Below are positions 1 to 10,440 of a stretch of 64,000 nucleotides of DNA, in pieces. The first letter of the stretch is position 1, and each line of letters begins with the position of its first letter. The stretch comes from Eledone cirrhosa (Eukaryota): the NCBI GenBank assembly GCA_964016885.1, contig OZ024751.1, positions 4,340,001 through 4,404,000 on the forward strand, in the 5' to 3' direction. Position numbers and translations under genes: made by a program. The notes under the pieces were generated by a model. That model saw only the letters and a list, made by a program, of their open reading frames with translations, did not search any database and was not told where the DNA came from.

Positions 1-232
1 CCACTGGGTTATGAAGTGCCAGGAAATCCCAGTAGAAGGAAGCCATAGTAGAGGTAGACCAAGAAAGACCTGGACAGAGGCTGTGTGAACTGACTGCAAA
101 TAACTGGCTCTCACAGAGGCCATGACAAAGGAGCACGACGAGTTGAAAGATGCCATGTTGAGAAGGACCTGTCCAACCAAGCAAGCATGGAAAAACGGGC
201 ATAAAAACAGTGATGATGTTGATGAAGATGAC
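1..232 (+). mobile_element. 3' end of degenerate RTE-clade LINE
   Basis: Encodes an RTE C-terminal-like motif (KCQEIPVEGSHSRGRPRKTW) followed by a GCATGGAAAA...(GAT)n tail like the other RTE copies in the window. Confidence 0.75.
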
Positions 233-277
233 ATACATGTACACACATACATACACAAATAAATCAAACACAGATAT

Positions 278-621
278 CATTTTTCATCATCATTTCATTT
301 TACGCCCGCTTTTTCCTTGCTTGCAAGGGTGGGACGGGAACTGATTCTGGCTTGATTTCTACAGCTGGATGCCCTTCCTAACACCAACCTCATTTACAGT
401 GAGTGCTGGGTGCTTTTTTTGCCGTGGCACCTCCACGACCACTTTGCAGTGGAATGATATGGACCCTAGTCCTATCATCTCATTTCTACAGCTGAGTAAA
501 CTGGAGCAATGTGAAATAAAGTGTCTTGCTCAAGGAAACAACACATCACCCGGTCTGAGAATTGAACTCACAACATTTCGATTGCAAGGCCAATGCTCTA
601 ACCACGAAGCCATGTGCCTCC
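278..621 (-). mobile_element. tRNA-derived SINE with RTE-type 3' tail
   Basis: The minus strand starts GGAGGCACATGGCTTCGTGGTTAGAGC (A-box-like), then GTGAGTTCAATTC (B-box-like), and ends in a GTTAGGAAGGGCATCCAGC...(GAT)n tail. It is flanked by ATAT/ATAT and is absent from the paralogous sequence at ~63955-63965. Confidence 0.8.
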
Positions 622-789
622 ATATGCACATACTTATATACAAACATATACACACATTTCTACATACATACATACATTCACATATATATAGCGTATGTAA
701 ATTCTGAACAATACAGTTTTGTCAGCACAAGTCTTGGTAACAACTTCTACAAATAAAATGAAAGGAGAAGAATTTCTTAGTAAAACAGT

Positions 790-795
790 TTTATT
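790..795 (-). terminator. candidate polyadenylation signal (AATAAA) of the ZNF gene
   Basis: TTTATT on the plus strand, ~430 bp downstream of the ZNF stop codon and just past the degenerate finger repeats. Confidence 0.35.
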
Positions 796-829
796 CAAAA
801 TATTAACATTGGTGGGACTATTTTGGGTG

Positions 830-1220
830 AGTGATATGGTTTTTATCTTGTCTAATTATGTTGCATTAAGTAATCTTTTCAAGAGAACGATTTATCACAG
901 ACATCACAGTGATATAGTTCAACTCCTGTAGATGTTAGTGTCTAGTGAAGCCACAACATTTAGTGAAGCATTTACCACAGACATCACAGTGATATGGTTC
1001 CTCTCCTGTATATGTTAGTGTCTAGTGAAGCCACAATATTTAGAAAATGATTTACCAAATATATCAAAGTGATATGGCTTCCCAGCTGTATGTATATGTT
1101 TGTGTGTAGTTAATGTAACATTCAAAGAGAATGATTTCCCTCAGATGTCACAATGATATGTATTTGTATTCCCATTAATTCACAAATTTGAGGGAATGAT
1201 TTGTCACTGATGTCAATCCG
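830..1220 (-). pseudogene. decayed C2H2 finger repeats downstream of the ZNF stop codon
   Basis: Remnants of the 84-bp finger unit (CACAGACATCACAGTGATAT at ~896 and ~977, plus variants at ~1055 and ~1140) with stops and indels. Confidence 0.75.
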
Positions 1221-2243
1221 TTATGATTGCTCTTCTGCATGTATAAGTTTGTGAGTAGTTAGGCTACTTTTTCCAGAGAATGATATACCACAAATATCAC
1301 AGTGATATAGCTGGTCTCCTGTATGTATACGTTTATGCTTAATTAAGGAACTACTTTCAGAGAATGATTTACCACAGATATCACAGTGATATGGCTTGTC
1401 TCCTGTATGGGTACGTTTGTGGCTAGTTAAGTGACTAATTTGAGAGAATGATTTACCACAGATATCACAGTGGTATGGCTTGTCTCCTGTATGGGTACGT
1501 TTGTGCTTAGTTAAGTGACTAATTTGGAAGAATGATTTACCACAGATATCACAGTGATGTTGCTTTTCTCCAGTATGTATACGTTTGTGCTTAATTAAGG
1601 TACTACTTAAAGAGAATGATTTGCCACAGATATCACAGTGATATGGCTTGTCTCCTGTATGTATACGTTTGTGCTTAATTAAGGTACTTCTTACAGAGAA
1701 TGATTTACCACAGATTTCACAGTGATATGGCTTATCTCCTGTATGGGTACGTATGTGAATATTTAAGTGACTACTTCGAGAGAATGATTTACCACAGATA
1801 TCACAGTGATATGGCTTATCTCCTGTATGGGTACGTATGTGAGAAGTTAAGTTACTACTTCGAGAGAATGATTTACCACAGATATCACAGTGATATGGCT
1901 TGTCTCCTGTATGTATACGTTTGTGCTTAATTAAGGTACTACTTACAGAGAATGATTTACCACAGATATCGCACTGATATGGTTTCTCACCTGTATGGGT
2001 ACGTATGTGAGAAGTTAAGGCACTACTATCAGAGAATAATTTACCACAGATATCACAGTGATATGGCTTCTCTCCTCTATGTATACGCTTGTGAGTAGTT
2101 AAGTTACTACGTTTATTGAATGATTTACCGCAGATATTGCAGTGATATGGCTTCTCTTCTCTAACCTTCGTCATCTCACTAGGAATACTAAACATTTTCG
2201 ACTGTGTTTCGCATTTAATCATCTTTGTCAATTTATTTTCCAT
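1221..2243 (-). CDS. tandem C2H2 (Kruppel-type) zinc-finger protein, 11 fingers, 340 aa
   Basis: Intact ORF with 11 CxxC-x12-HxxxH fingers joined by TG[D/E]KPY linkers. The ~30-aa N-terminus has no recognisable KRAB, SCAN or BTB domain. Confidence 0.93.
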   Translation of the reverse strand: MENKLTKMIKCETQSKMFSIPSEMTKVREEKPYHCNICGKSFNKRSNLTTHKRIHRGEKPYHCDICGKLFSDSSALTSHIRTHTGEKPYQCDICGKSFSVSSTLIKHKRIHTGDKPYHCDICGKSFSRSSNLTSHIRTHTGDKPYHCDICGKSFSRSSHLNIHIRTHTGDKPYHCEICGKSFSVRSTLIKHKRIHTGDKPYHCDICGKSFSLSSTLIKHKRIHTGEKQHHCDICGKSFFQISHLTKHKRTHTGDKPYHCDICGKSFSQISHLTSHKRTHTGDKPYHCDICGKSFSESSSLIKHKRIHTGDQLYHCDICGISFSGKSSLTTHKLIHAEEQS

Positions 2244-3137
2244 AATTATTTCTTCTTCAACAGAATTTACAAATGTTTTACTTGTAATATTTCTTATATT
2301 ATATTTCTTATTCTATATTTCCCTCAACTGTGATTTCAGTTAATATCTGAAGATAATACAAACTTTTTTTTTCATCCATGTTTAGTTAAAATACAAAACC
2401 ATCTCATAGTGAAGAAAACAAACTCAGTTTTGGGGAAATATTTCACAGTAATACGATGAGTGATTTATATAAACAGTGTTATATAAGTTCTGTTTAGAAA
2501 GTTTTAGTCTTCAAATGATGATAAATAGAGGTGATGTATCCAAGATTGAAAATAATATTTATCCCAATGTCATCTAATATTCTGAAATAAGAAAGAAACA
2601 GTATGAGATAATACAGAATACTTTAGAAGCAGAGATAAATTTAACAGTGGAAATTTTATATTTCTATATTGATAAACTGTAGATATCAACTTTCCTGTCC
2701 AGAGCAATTCTCTCCAATATAAGCAGTGGAATTCCAGCATGCTATATAAATGATATCCTTCTATCTCTTCAGAGGTCTGCTCTATGGCAGTTTAGCAACA
2801 AATTAATTCTTATAGGACTTATAAGAAAGAAAGAGTATGAGATAATAAAGAATACTTAAAATACAGGGATAGATTTAACAGTGGAAATTTTACACTTACA
2901 TCATATTTCCCAGCGTCGAAGACGTTACTTTTTCCCCAATATAAGTCTCAAAAATCTACCATACGTCCTGGAGGCCGAAGGTTGTTTATTAATTTTTTTC
3001 AAAAACTTTGACGACTCTGGCGCCGGTAAATACGGTAGATTGGTAAACTGTAGAAATATACCTGTGTGATGTTTATTTATATAAACCAAGGCTATATATA
3101 AGTCAAACTACAGCTGCACCATCACGATAGCGGTGTC

Positions 3138-3418
3138 ATCTAGTACAGGGCCCCAAAACTGTGGTAACCTTGTGAGATGGGTTTGGCTCGGCCGACTGGC
3201 TACCCTCCCCATAGTGGTGCAGCCAACTGGCCAGCCCTACTCGTAACCATACCATCCAGTACCAGTCCCCATAACTATGGTAACCTCATGAAAAGGTTTT
3301 CGCGCATCTGGCTGGCTACCCCTCCAGTACCAGGCCCCAAAATTATAGTTTCACCGTGAGATGGGTTCAGTGCAGCCAACTGGCCTGTCTCTCCTCATAA
3401 CAGAGCCATCCAGTTCCA
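3138..3418. repeat. degenerate tandem repeat (~3 copies, 70-115 bp)
   Basis: Recurring CCAGTACCAGGCCCCAAAACTATGGTAACC...GAGATGGGTT...CTGGCTACCCT variants at ~3138, ~3255 and ~3323. Confidence 0.55.
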
Positions 3419-3877
3419 CACTGTAAACATGGTTCATGTTAGGAAGGGAATTCAGCTGTAAAATACCCGACCAAATTTACAGACCTCGCCTGAGCAAGGT
3501 GTGACACATGGCCAACCCTGGCCAGACTTGCCTCCTGGCGTGGATGACCTGTCTAACCAATGCCAGAATGGAAAAATGGACGTTAAATGGTGATGACACA
3601 GACATATATATATATCCCGCCCACGCTGTACATGTACACAGCAAAAAGCACCCAGCCCACACTGTAAAGTGGACATGTAGGTGTCTTGGGAAATGCACCC
3701 AGTCCACACTGTCAATGGGGTTGGCGTTAAGAAGCGCATCCAGCCATAGAAAGCTAGCCAGAAACACCCCTATATGAGTTAGACACGGTCACCTGACCCA
3801 AATTACCTCTAAATGGGACCCGTTTAACCCATGCTAGCATGGAAGATGGACGTTAATTGATGATGATGACGATGATA
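3415..3877 (+). mobile_element. two 5'-truncated RTE/SINE 3'-tail fragments
   Basis: Each has GTTAGGAAGGG- or GTTAAGAAGCGCATCCAGC and ends in ATGGAAAAATGGACGTTAA or ATGGAAGATGGACGTTAA plus (GAT)n, matching the RTE 3' UTR at 13060-13219. Confidence 0.65.
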
Positions 3878-6227
3878 TATAATAAAATGTTGTAGTTTAC
3901 TTGAAGCATTCTATATAAAATATAACGTTGAAAGAGATAGAAGGCTAAACAAAGCAAAATGGACTGTAAGATGAGGTAAGGAAAAGTAAAAGTTACCTGG
4001 TAATCTTTGTTTTGTTTTTTGTTGTCCTTATTTTTGATCAATATTGCGGGACCTAAAAGTCATTTCTTCATGGTGTCGATTTTGAGAATGTAAGCAATAC
4101 TTGTCTTTTCTTCTAGTATTATCTTAGTTATGCCAGTCTAAAATTCAAATTCTCCGTTTATTTATATTTACATGTTTCTAATATGTCTCAATCTGTTGGC
4201 TGTTGGTCCCTTCCTAAAAACTAACCTTCTAGTATTGTTATTGAGTAATTATTCTAGAACCTTCCTGCATCTCGCTCCCTGCTTGTAAACACTTGCTCCT
4301 TCTCTCAGACCCCCCCCCCCATGCCTGATCGCAAGTATAAAATAAATCTTGCTAGTCCCAAGGACAGAATTTATCTATCCAATCAATCTTACAGGCGATT
4401 TGTTGATTTTGAGAATGTAAGCAATACTTCTCTTTTCTTCTATCCGTACTCTTCTAAATAAGCAGTGTTTTAACCCTTTCGTTACCAAACCGCCCGTACT
4501 CACACATTCATATTTAAATGAGAATATCAGAGCAAATCTCGTTAGTACATTCTGAAAACACGTTATTATACTGCGTAAACAGTTAAGCTACAGTTTTGGA
4601 CAAATATCGACATGTTATTTTAATTCTGTAAATTTTGGGAGATTTTTTCCAAATTTGTTCCTGTTGTGTTTCGAAAATTTTTAATTCTGACAAAAAATGG
4701 ATACCAATTTCATTCAGTCAAGCAGTGAGTCAGAATTCGAAGGATTTTCTACTGAAGACCTTGAAAAATCTAACTCTATAACTGAAAAAAAAAAGCACGT
4801 GGTATTTGATAATGAATCCGAGAGCTCCGATGACAGCGATAAAGAAAATGAATTGGCACCTGAATGGAGTAAAAATTTATAAACTGGTTCTTTCAGTGAT
4901 TTTTATGAAGAAACTGGACCAAGTCACAGTCTATCCCAGGAGAGCAAAGCTTTAGACTATTTCCTTTTACTTTTGCCTATGAGCTTGTTTGAAATTATTA
5001 CGGCGGAAACAACCGTTACGCTGAAAGTAAACAAAGCGAAAAAAAGGATAGTTTGTGGTTTCCCACAAGCTTAAATGAAATTAGGGCTTATTTTGCCATA
5101 AATGTTATTATGGGCATTAGAAAGCTAGCCAGAATTACAAATTACTGGAGTAGCGATGAACCCTTTGGAGATGAATATGTCTCAAGTATAATGACGAGGA
5201 CACGGTTTTTAAAACTGACGCAGTATTTACATGTAAGAGACACGAGCAGTACACCAGTATGTGGAGAACCAAACTATGATCCCTTATTTAAAATAAGACC
5301 CCTCATTGATTGTGATCAAAACACATATAAAACAGTTTACAAACCAGGGAGATATTTATCTATCAATGAGGGTATGGTGGGCTATAAAGGCCGAGTGCGT
5401 TTTCGACAATATATGCCAGGAAGGCCAACAAAATGGGGTTTCAAAGTTTGGAAGATTTGCGAATCGAATACTGGGTTTGAATTTTATACTGGCAAAAGAG
5501 ACAATTATGTAAGTCAGCATGGCCTAAGGTATGATGTGGTCTGGAATGTATCACTTCCATACCATAACCAGGGCCGTATATTATTTTTTGACCGGTTTTT
5601 CAGTTCGGTCAAACTTGCGGAGAATTTAGATACTGTGGCAACACATACATGTGCTACAGTGATCGCTAGTAGAAAAGGACTGCCGTTGAATATAAAAAAA
5701 GCAAAATAAAAAAATAAGGTGAAATAATTCAACAGCAGAAAGGAAATTTGCTAGCGACCGCATACAGAGATAAGAGGCAGATCAATTTTCTGTCTACCTC
5801 TGCACGGCCACATGTGGATGAAAATGGCACCCCATTTGTGAATCTCGATTATAACAGGTACATGGGTGGTGTAGATCGGATGAATCAGATGATGTCTTAT
5901 TACTCAGTTGGCAGATCGGGGAATAAATGGTGGCGATACCTGGTTTGGTATATAGTAAATATGAATATTACTAATGCGTTTATACTATATACCAAATCGG
6001 GACCGGCTCGAAAGCGATGTGACCATCTGCAGTTCCGAGCAGATATAGCAACACAATTAAGAGCTGGTTATTCCTAAAAAAAAAAATAACTGTAGGGAGA
6101 AAAAACAAAGCCTGCCAGAGAGATATCCCTCTGAATTCAGCCGATCTCCATAAATTAGAAAAAAAAATCGAGGGTCGCAAAAGGCAGTGTCGTGAATGCC
6201 TTCATCAAAAAAGGAAAGCTCCTAGTG

Positions 6228-9200
6228 CAGTGGTCGCCAACATGGGTTCCGCGGAACCTTGGGGTTCCGTAAAACAAACTCCGGGTTCCTTAAAAAAATA
6301 AATATTTACATTACCATTAATATTTTGGGTTTTGTGAAAAAGGTGCAAAGAAAATGCCAAAGGTGCAATGTATAAATGAACAAGTACTATTGTAATGTAC
6401 ACAGTTTCTCCACTCCAATTCGTGGAAAACACTACTTTCAGTTTCTCACTTGAATTAGCAGAAAAACAGTTCTGAGATTCGTGGAAATTGAATACTTTCA
6501 ATTTCACATCAATTCTTGGAAAGACATAGTTTTCTGAATTCCGAGAATTTGACTACTACTGATAATACATTAATTGAACTTAGAAATTGACCAATCATGA
6601 ACACGTAAATGTTGGTCGATGACAGCATAACTTTAAACTGAACACTTCAGTTCAGCGAGGTCTCTCAGCCAAGAGACAGGGTCAGTTCGCTGTTCTCACA
6701 ACGTAAGTTCAGTAGAATGTTTTCAATAGAGAACACGTTTTAATCTGCTGCCCTCACAAAAGCTTTAAAGTCGTCTAAAGTTTCCTCACTGAGTGAACTC
6801 GCTTACTAGTCGTTTTCAACATGCATCCAGTTCCACAGACAATTCTAAATAAGAACACGTTACATTCTGTTGTACTTTGCACAGAAAATATAACGCCTGT
6901 AAAGTTTCGACTACTAACAAAGGTAATTTTGTATTCCATGCATACACTATAAACTTTGCCACACAATTATGTATTCATTTGATGACATCTGCATTCACAA
7001 TTGAGAAATTACTTTATACAATAAATATATATGTCCACAAACATTTGACTAAACTTTATTTGTTCCAATATAATATATGTTTAACGCAGCCTAAAGCCTT
7101 CTTATATATCTGAATTAATTTCCAATACCATCGTCACATCTACACTATCAGCTGATTTGCATTTTTTTCACCTTTTAGTATGGCGGATATTTAAATATAT
7201 TTATATTACCAATAATATTTAATACGACCCTAAAGTAGTATATGCAGGAAGTGCTGGACTCTGAAAAAAATTTCTTCTAGTTGTTCATAAATTTGCACCT
7301 TTTTCAGTAACCCTAATATTTTAATATTATTATAAGACTTTAAGTAATATGTTTGCCATCCTAAAATGGAGAAATTTCAATTTTTAAAATTAAAATTTTT
7401 TCTAACTAGTTAAGTTTTTCCAAATATCTAAAATTAAAGTTAATTTAAGTACTTTTTGTAATTAAAAAAACTGTTAATTTCTCTTGTTTATTAATGTCAT
7501 ATTAAAAATGTTAACTGTAGATAAATAACATTGATATGATGTCTACTGCAAAGAAGCTGAAGTTAGATACCAGCAGTAAGGTTAGACAGTGGTGTGATGA
7601 TTATGTTAGATATGGATTTCAAAAAGCTGACACTAAAAAAGATACACCAGATCAGCTCATGTGTTTGCTATGTTCAAAAGTTCTATCAAATAGCTGTTTA
7701 AATCCTGCAAAACTTAAAAGACACATTGATACTAATCACACCAATGATAAAAACAAGTCACTGGAATACTTTACTTTGCTGAAAAACAACATAAAAAAAT
7801 CACAAGCTAATATGTATGACTTGTTTTGTAAAAAGTCAGATAGAAATATAGCTTTAACAAGAACATCTTTTGAGATTTCACATTTGATTGGTAAAAACAA
7901 GAAACCATTTACATTAGGAGAACAGTTAATTCTGCCAAGTATAAAAATTGCTACAGAGAATCCTTTTGAAAGCTGCAGTATTAAGGACAAAGCAAAATTA
8001 AGCCAGTTACCATTGTCAGCAAATACCGTAAAACGAGGGATAATTGATATTTCTTCTGATATAGAAAATCAGATACTAACTGCACTAAAGAAAAGCCCAT
8101 GTTTTGGACTGCAGGTGGACGAAACTACAGATATTAATAACAAGGCTCAATTAATTTGCTATGTACGGTTTGTAGACCTCGATAAAAAAGAATTAGTAGA
8201 AGAGTATTTGTTTTGTCTGGCATTAGACATCACAACTAAAGGTCAAGATATATTCAATAAAATTGAAGAGTATTTTTTAAAAAATGGTGTATCTTGGAGC
8301 AAGTTGACAACAGATAGAGCAGCTGCAATGACTGGTAAAAATTCTGGTTTGATTGCAAAAATTAAAGAACAGACCCCAAATTGTATTTCAAATCATTGTA
8401 TGATTCATCGAGAGGTTTTGTGTTAAAAAAAATTCAAAGACAGCTGAAAGACATTGTCAAAATTATCAATTTGATCCATGCAAGAGCAAAAAATTCTAGA
8501 ATGTTTGAATCTATTTGTGAATCTTCTGGAAGTAATTATAATAGATTGTTATTGAACAAAGATGTGCGTTGGCTGTCTTTTGGGGATGCTATGAAGAGAG
8601 TTTTTGAACTGAGAAAAGAAATAATAGTTTTTCTAAAAAAACAGAATGATGAAAGAGCAAGTGTATTAGAAACCAATGAATGGAATGTGCAACTCGCTTA
8701 TTTAGTAGACATTTTTGGTGAACTGAACAAACTAAATAAGTGTCTTCAGGGTAACAATGCAGATATTTTTTACTTCAATCAATTTTATTACATATTTTCA
8801 ATCAAAATGAAACACCTTTATAAAAAGAATTGAATTGGACAATTACTTTCAAACCTTGAAATAGAGCTTAAAAAAGAGAGAAAATTTTGACTCCAGCAAT
8901 CTAAAGAAGATTATTCTTTCTCATTTAAATGTGCTTTCCACAGGTTTTTCAGATTATTTTGACTTGATGGAAAAAGATATTGCTAGCGCAAATTTATGGA
9001 TAAAAAACCCGTTCACCGAGTTAGTGTCAGAAAATGACGCTGGAAATTGTAAAAATTTACTACCTGCCTTATTAACTGCTACCTTACTAACTGCTTACAT
9101 CAGTTGATGGATTTGAATTCAAACGAAGACCTGAAAGTGATATTCGAAAGCAGAAAGAAAGAACTATGGATCGACTTATTTTTGATTGGGGAGTTTAATG

Positions 9201-9550
9201 AAATCAGCCAACTTGCATTGAAGTATTTGACTTTATTCCCATCTAGCTATTTGTGCGAAAAAGGGTTTTTGCAGTTGGTGGAAATCTGCACAAAGAAGAG
9301 GAATAAACTGTCAGTAATTGACGAGTGTATGAGACTGGCATTAACTAGTGTTGAACCTCGATTTTCTAAACTCACTGATGAGGCGCAGCAGCAGAAAAGC
9401 CATTGTGTTCGATTACATACACACGCATGAAACACTAAAATAAATAAATACTATATTATTTTTTTTGAAAAGCTTTGTATTGTATAGGTTCCGTAAAGAA
9501 TTCAAAATATTTAGAGGGTTCCTCGGTTTTAGAAAGGTTGGCGACCACTG
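6228..9550 (+). mobile_element. hAT (Buster/Charlie-type) DNA transposon, full length
   Basis: Perfect 14-bp TIRs CAGTGGTCGCCAAC / GTTGGCGACCACTG. The 8-bp TSD TCCTAGTG (6220-6227 and 9551-9558) matches the Buster nnnTAnnn target. Subterminal GGTTCC motifs occur at both ends. Confidence 0.95.
7536..9430 (+). pseudogene. Buster-family (ZBED5/SCAND3-like) hAT transposase, frameshifted
   Basis: BED finger (CLLC...LKRHIDTNH), QVDETTD, TTDRAAAMTG, HCMIHRE, VRWLS and PSSYLCEKGF motifs spread over three ORF pieces. Confidence 0.92.
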
Positions 9551-10440
9551 TCCTAGTGGAAGGTGTGTTGAAACAACTTTCCAATGTGCATTCTGCAAGG
9601 TTGCATTATGTAGAGCAGGGTGCTTTACAAGTTTTCATGATAGGAATATTGTTTGATTTGTATATGTGTGATTTTATTTTATTAATACTTTCAAATTTAC
9701 TTCGTTTTTATTTTTCTTTGTGTAATTTTAATTTACCTGTAAGGTGAGTGACGAGTTTTGATTAATTTCTTTTGTAAATCATTATTGTATATTTCTGCGT
9801 ATCTATGTATGTGGGAGACCTTATTTAATCTAGTTGATGGTGTGTGTGTATTTTGTTTTCTAGTTTTCTTCACAGATAAATTCCAGTCTTTCGTTTTATT
9901 TATACCTTTATGGTACACCTGTCTTTTGTGTGTTTAAATTCACCTGATAAATCCAGTAATGTGCACAACTCTTCTATAGTAAAATTTTGTTGTATACCCA
10001 ATTGAATATTAGCTAATAACATTTTCTATAGCGATGTTTGAACAAAATTTAAATAATTTCATATTTTGTTGAATTTACCTGTATTTACCTGTAATTAGAG
10101 TCACTTTGAGAGAAAAATTATTGAATAGAATTGGTTGAGAACCTTTCGTTAAATTTTTTTCAAAAAATGACATTAATATGTTGATAAATAAAAAAGTTAG
10201 AGTTGTTTAATGAAACCAGACTAAATTTATGATTGTTAGAAATTAATTGAAACACATATTTTGGTTAGAAATATGGTAATGAAAAACTCTTAGTTATGCA
10301 AGTCTAAAATTCAAATTCTCCGTTTATTTATATTTACCTGTTTTTAATATGTCTCAATCTGTTGGCTGTTGGTCCCTTCCTAAAAACTAACCTTCTAGTA
10401 TTGAATTAATTATTGAATAATTATTCTAGAACCTTCCTGC

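Larger units (their letters stand above)
4697..9656 (+). pseudogene. piggyBac (PGBD4-like) transposase pseudogene, split at 6228-9550
   Basis: Acidic N-terminus (SSSESEFEGFS), then YDPLFKIRPLID, SINEGM (catalytic D->N), YMPGRPTKWGFK, FDRFFSS and YNRYMGGVDR. The C-terminal Cys-rich domain is restored when the hAT is removed. Multiple stops and frameshifts. Confidence 0.88.
4470..10284 (+). mobile_element. piggyBac DNA transposon (defective, interrupted by a hAT)
   Basis: Left end is TTAA (4470-4473) plus TIR CCCTTTCGTTACCA. The right TIR is degenerate, TGGTAATGAAA (10274-10284), and lacks GGG/TTAA. A transposase remnant lies inside. Confidence 0.85.

Noticed and set aside
530-621. tRNA gene on the minus strand (also 16770-16855)
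   Set aside because: A/B-box-like motifs continue into a SINE body and no clean cloverleaf is evident.
4697-9430. Domesticated PGBD or ZBED host genes
   Set aside because: Both transposases have stops and frameshifts and lie within TIR-bounded elements.
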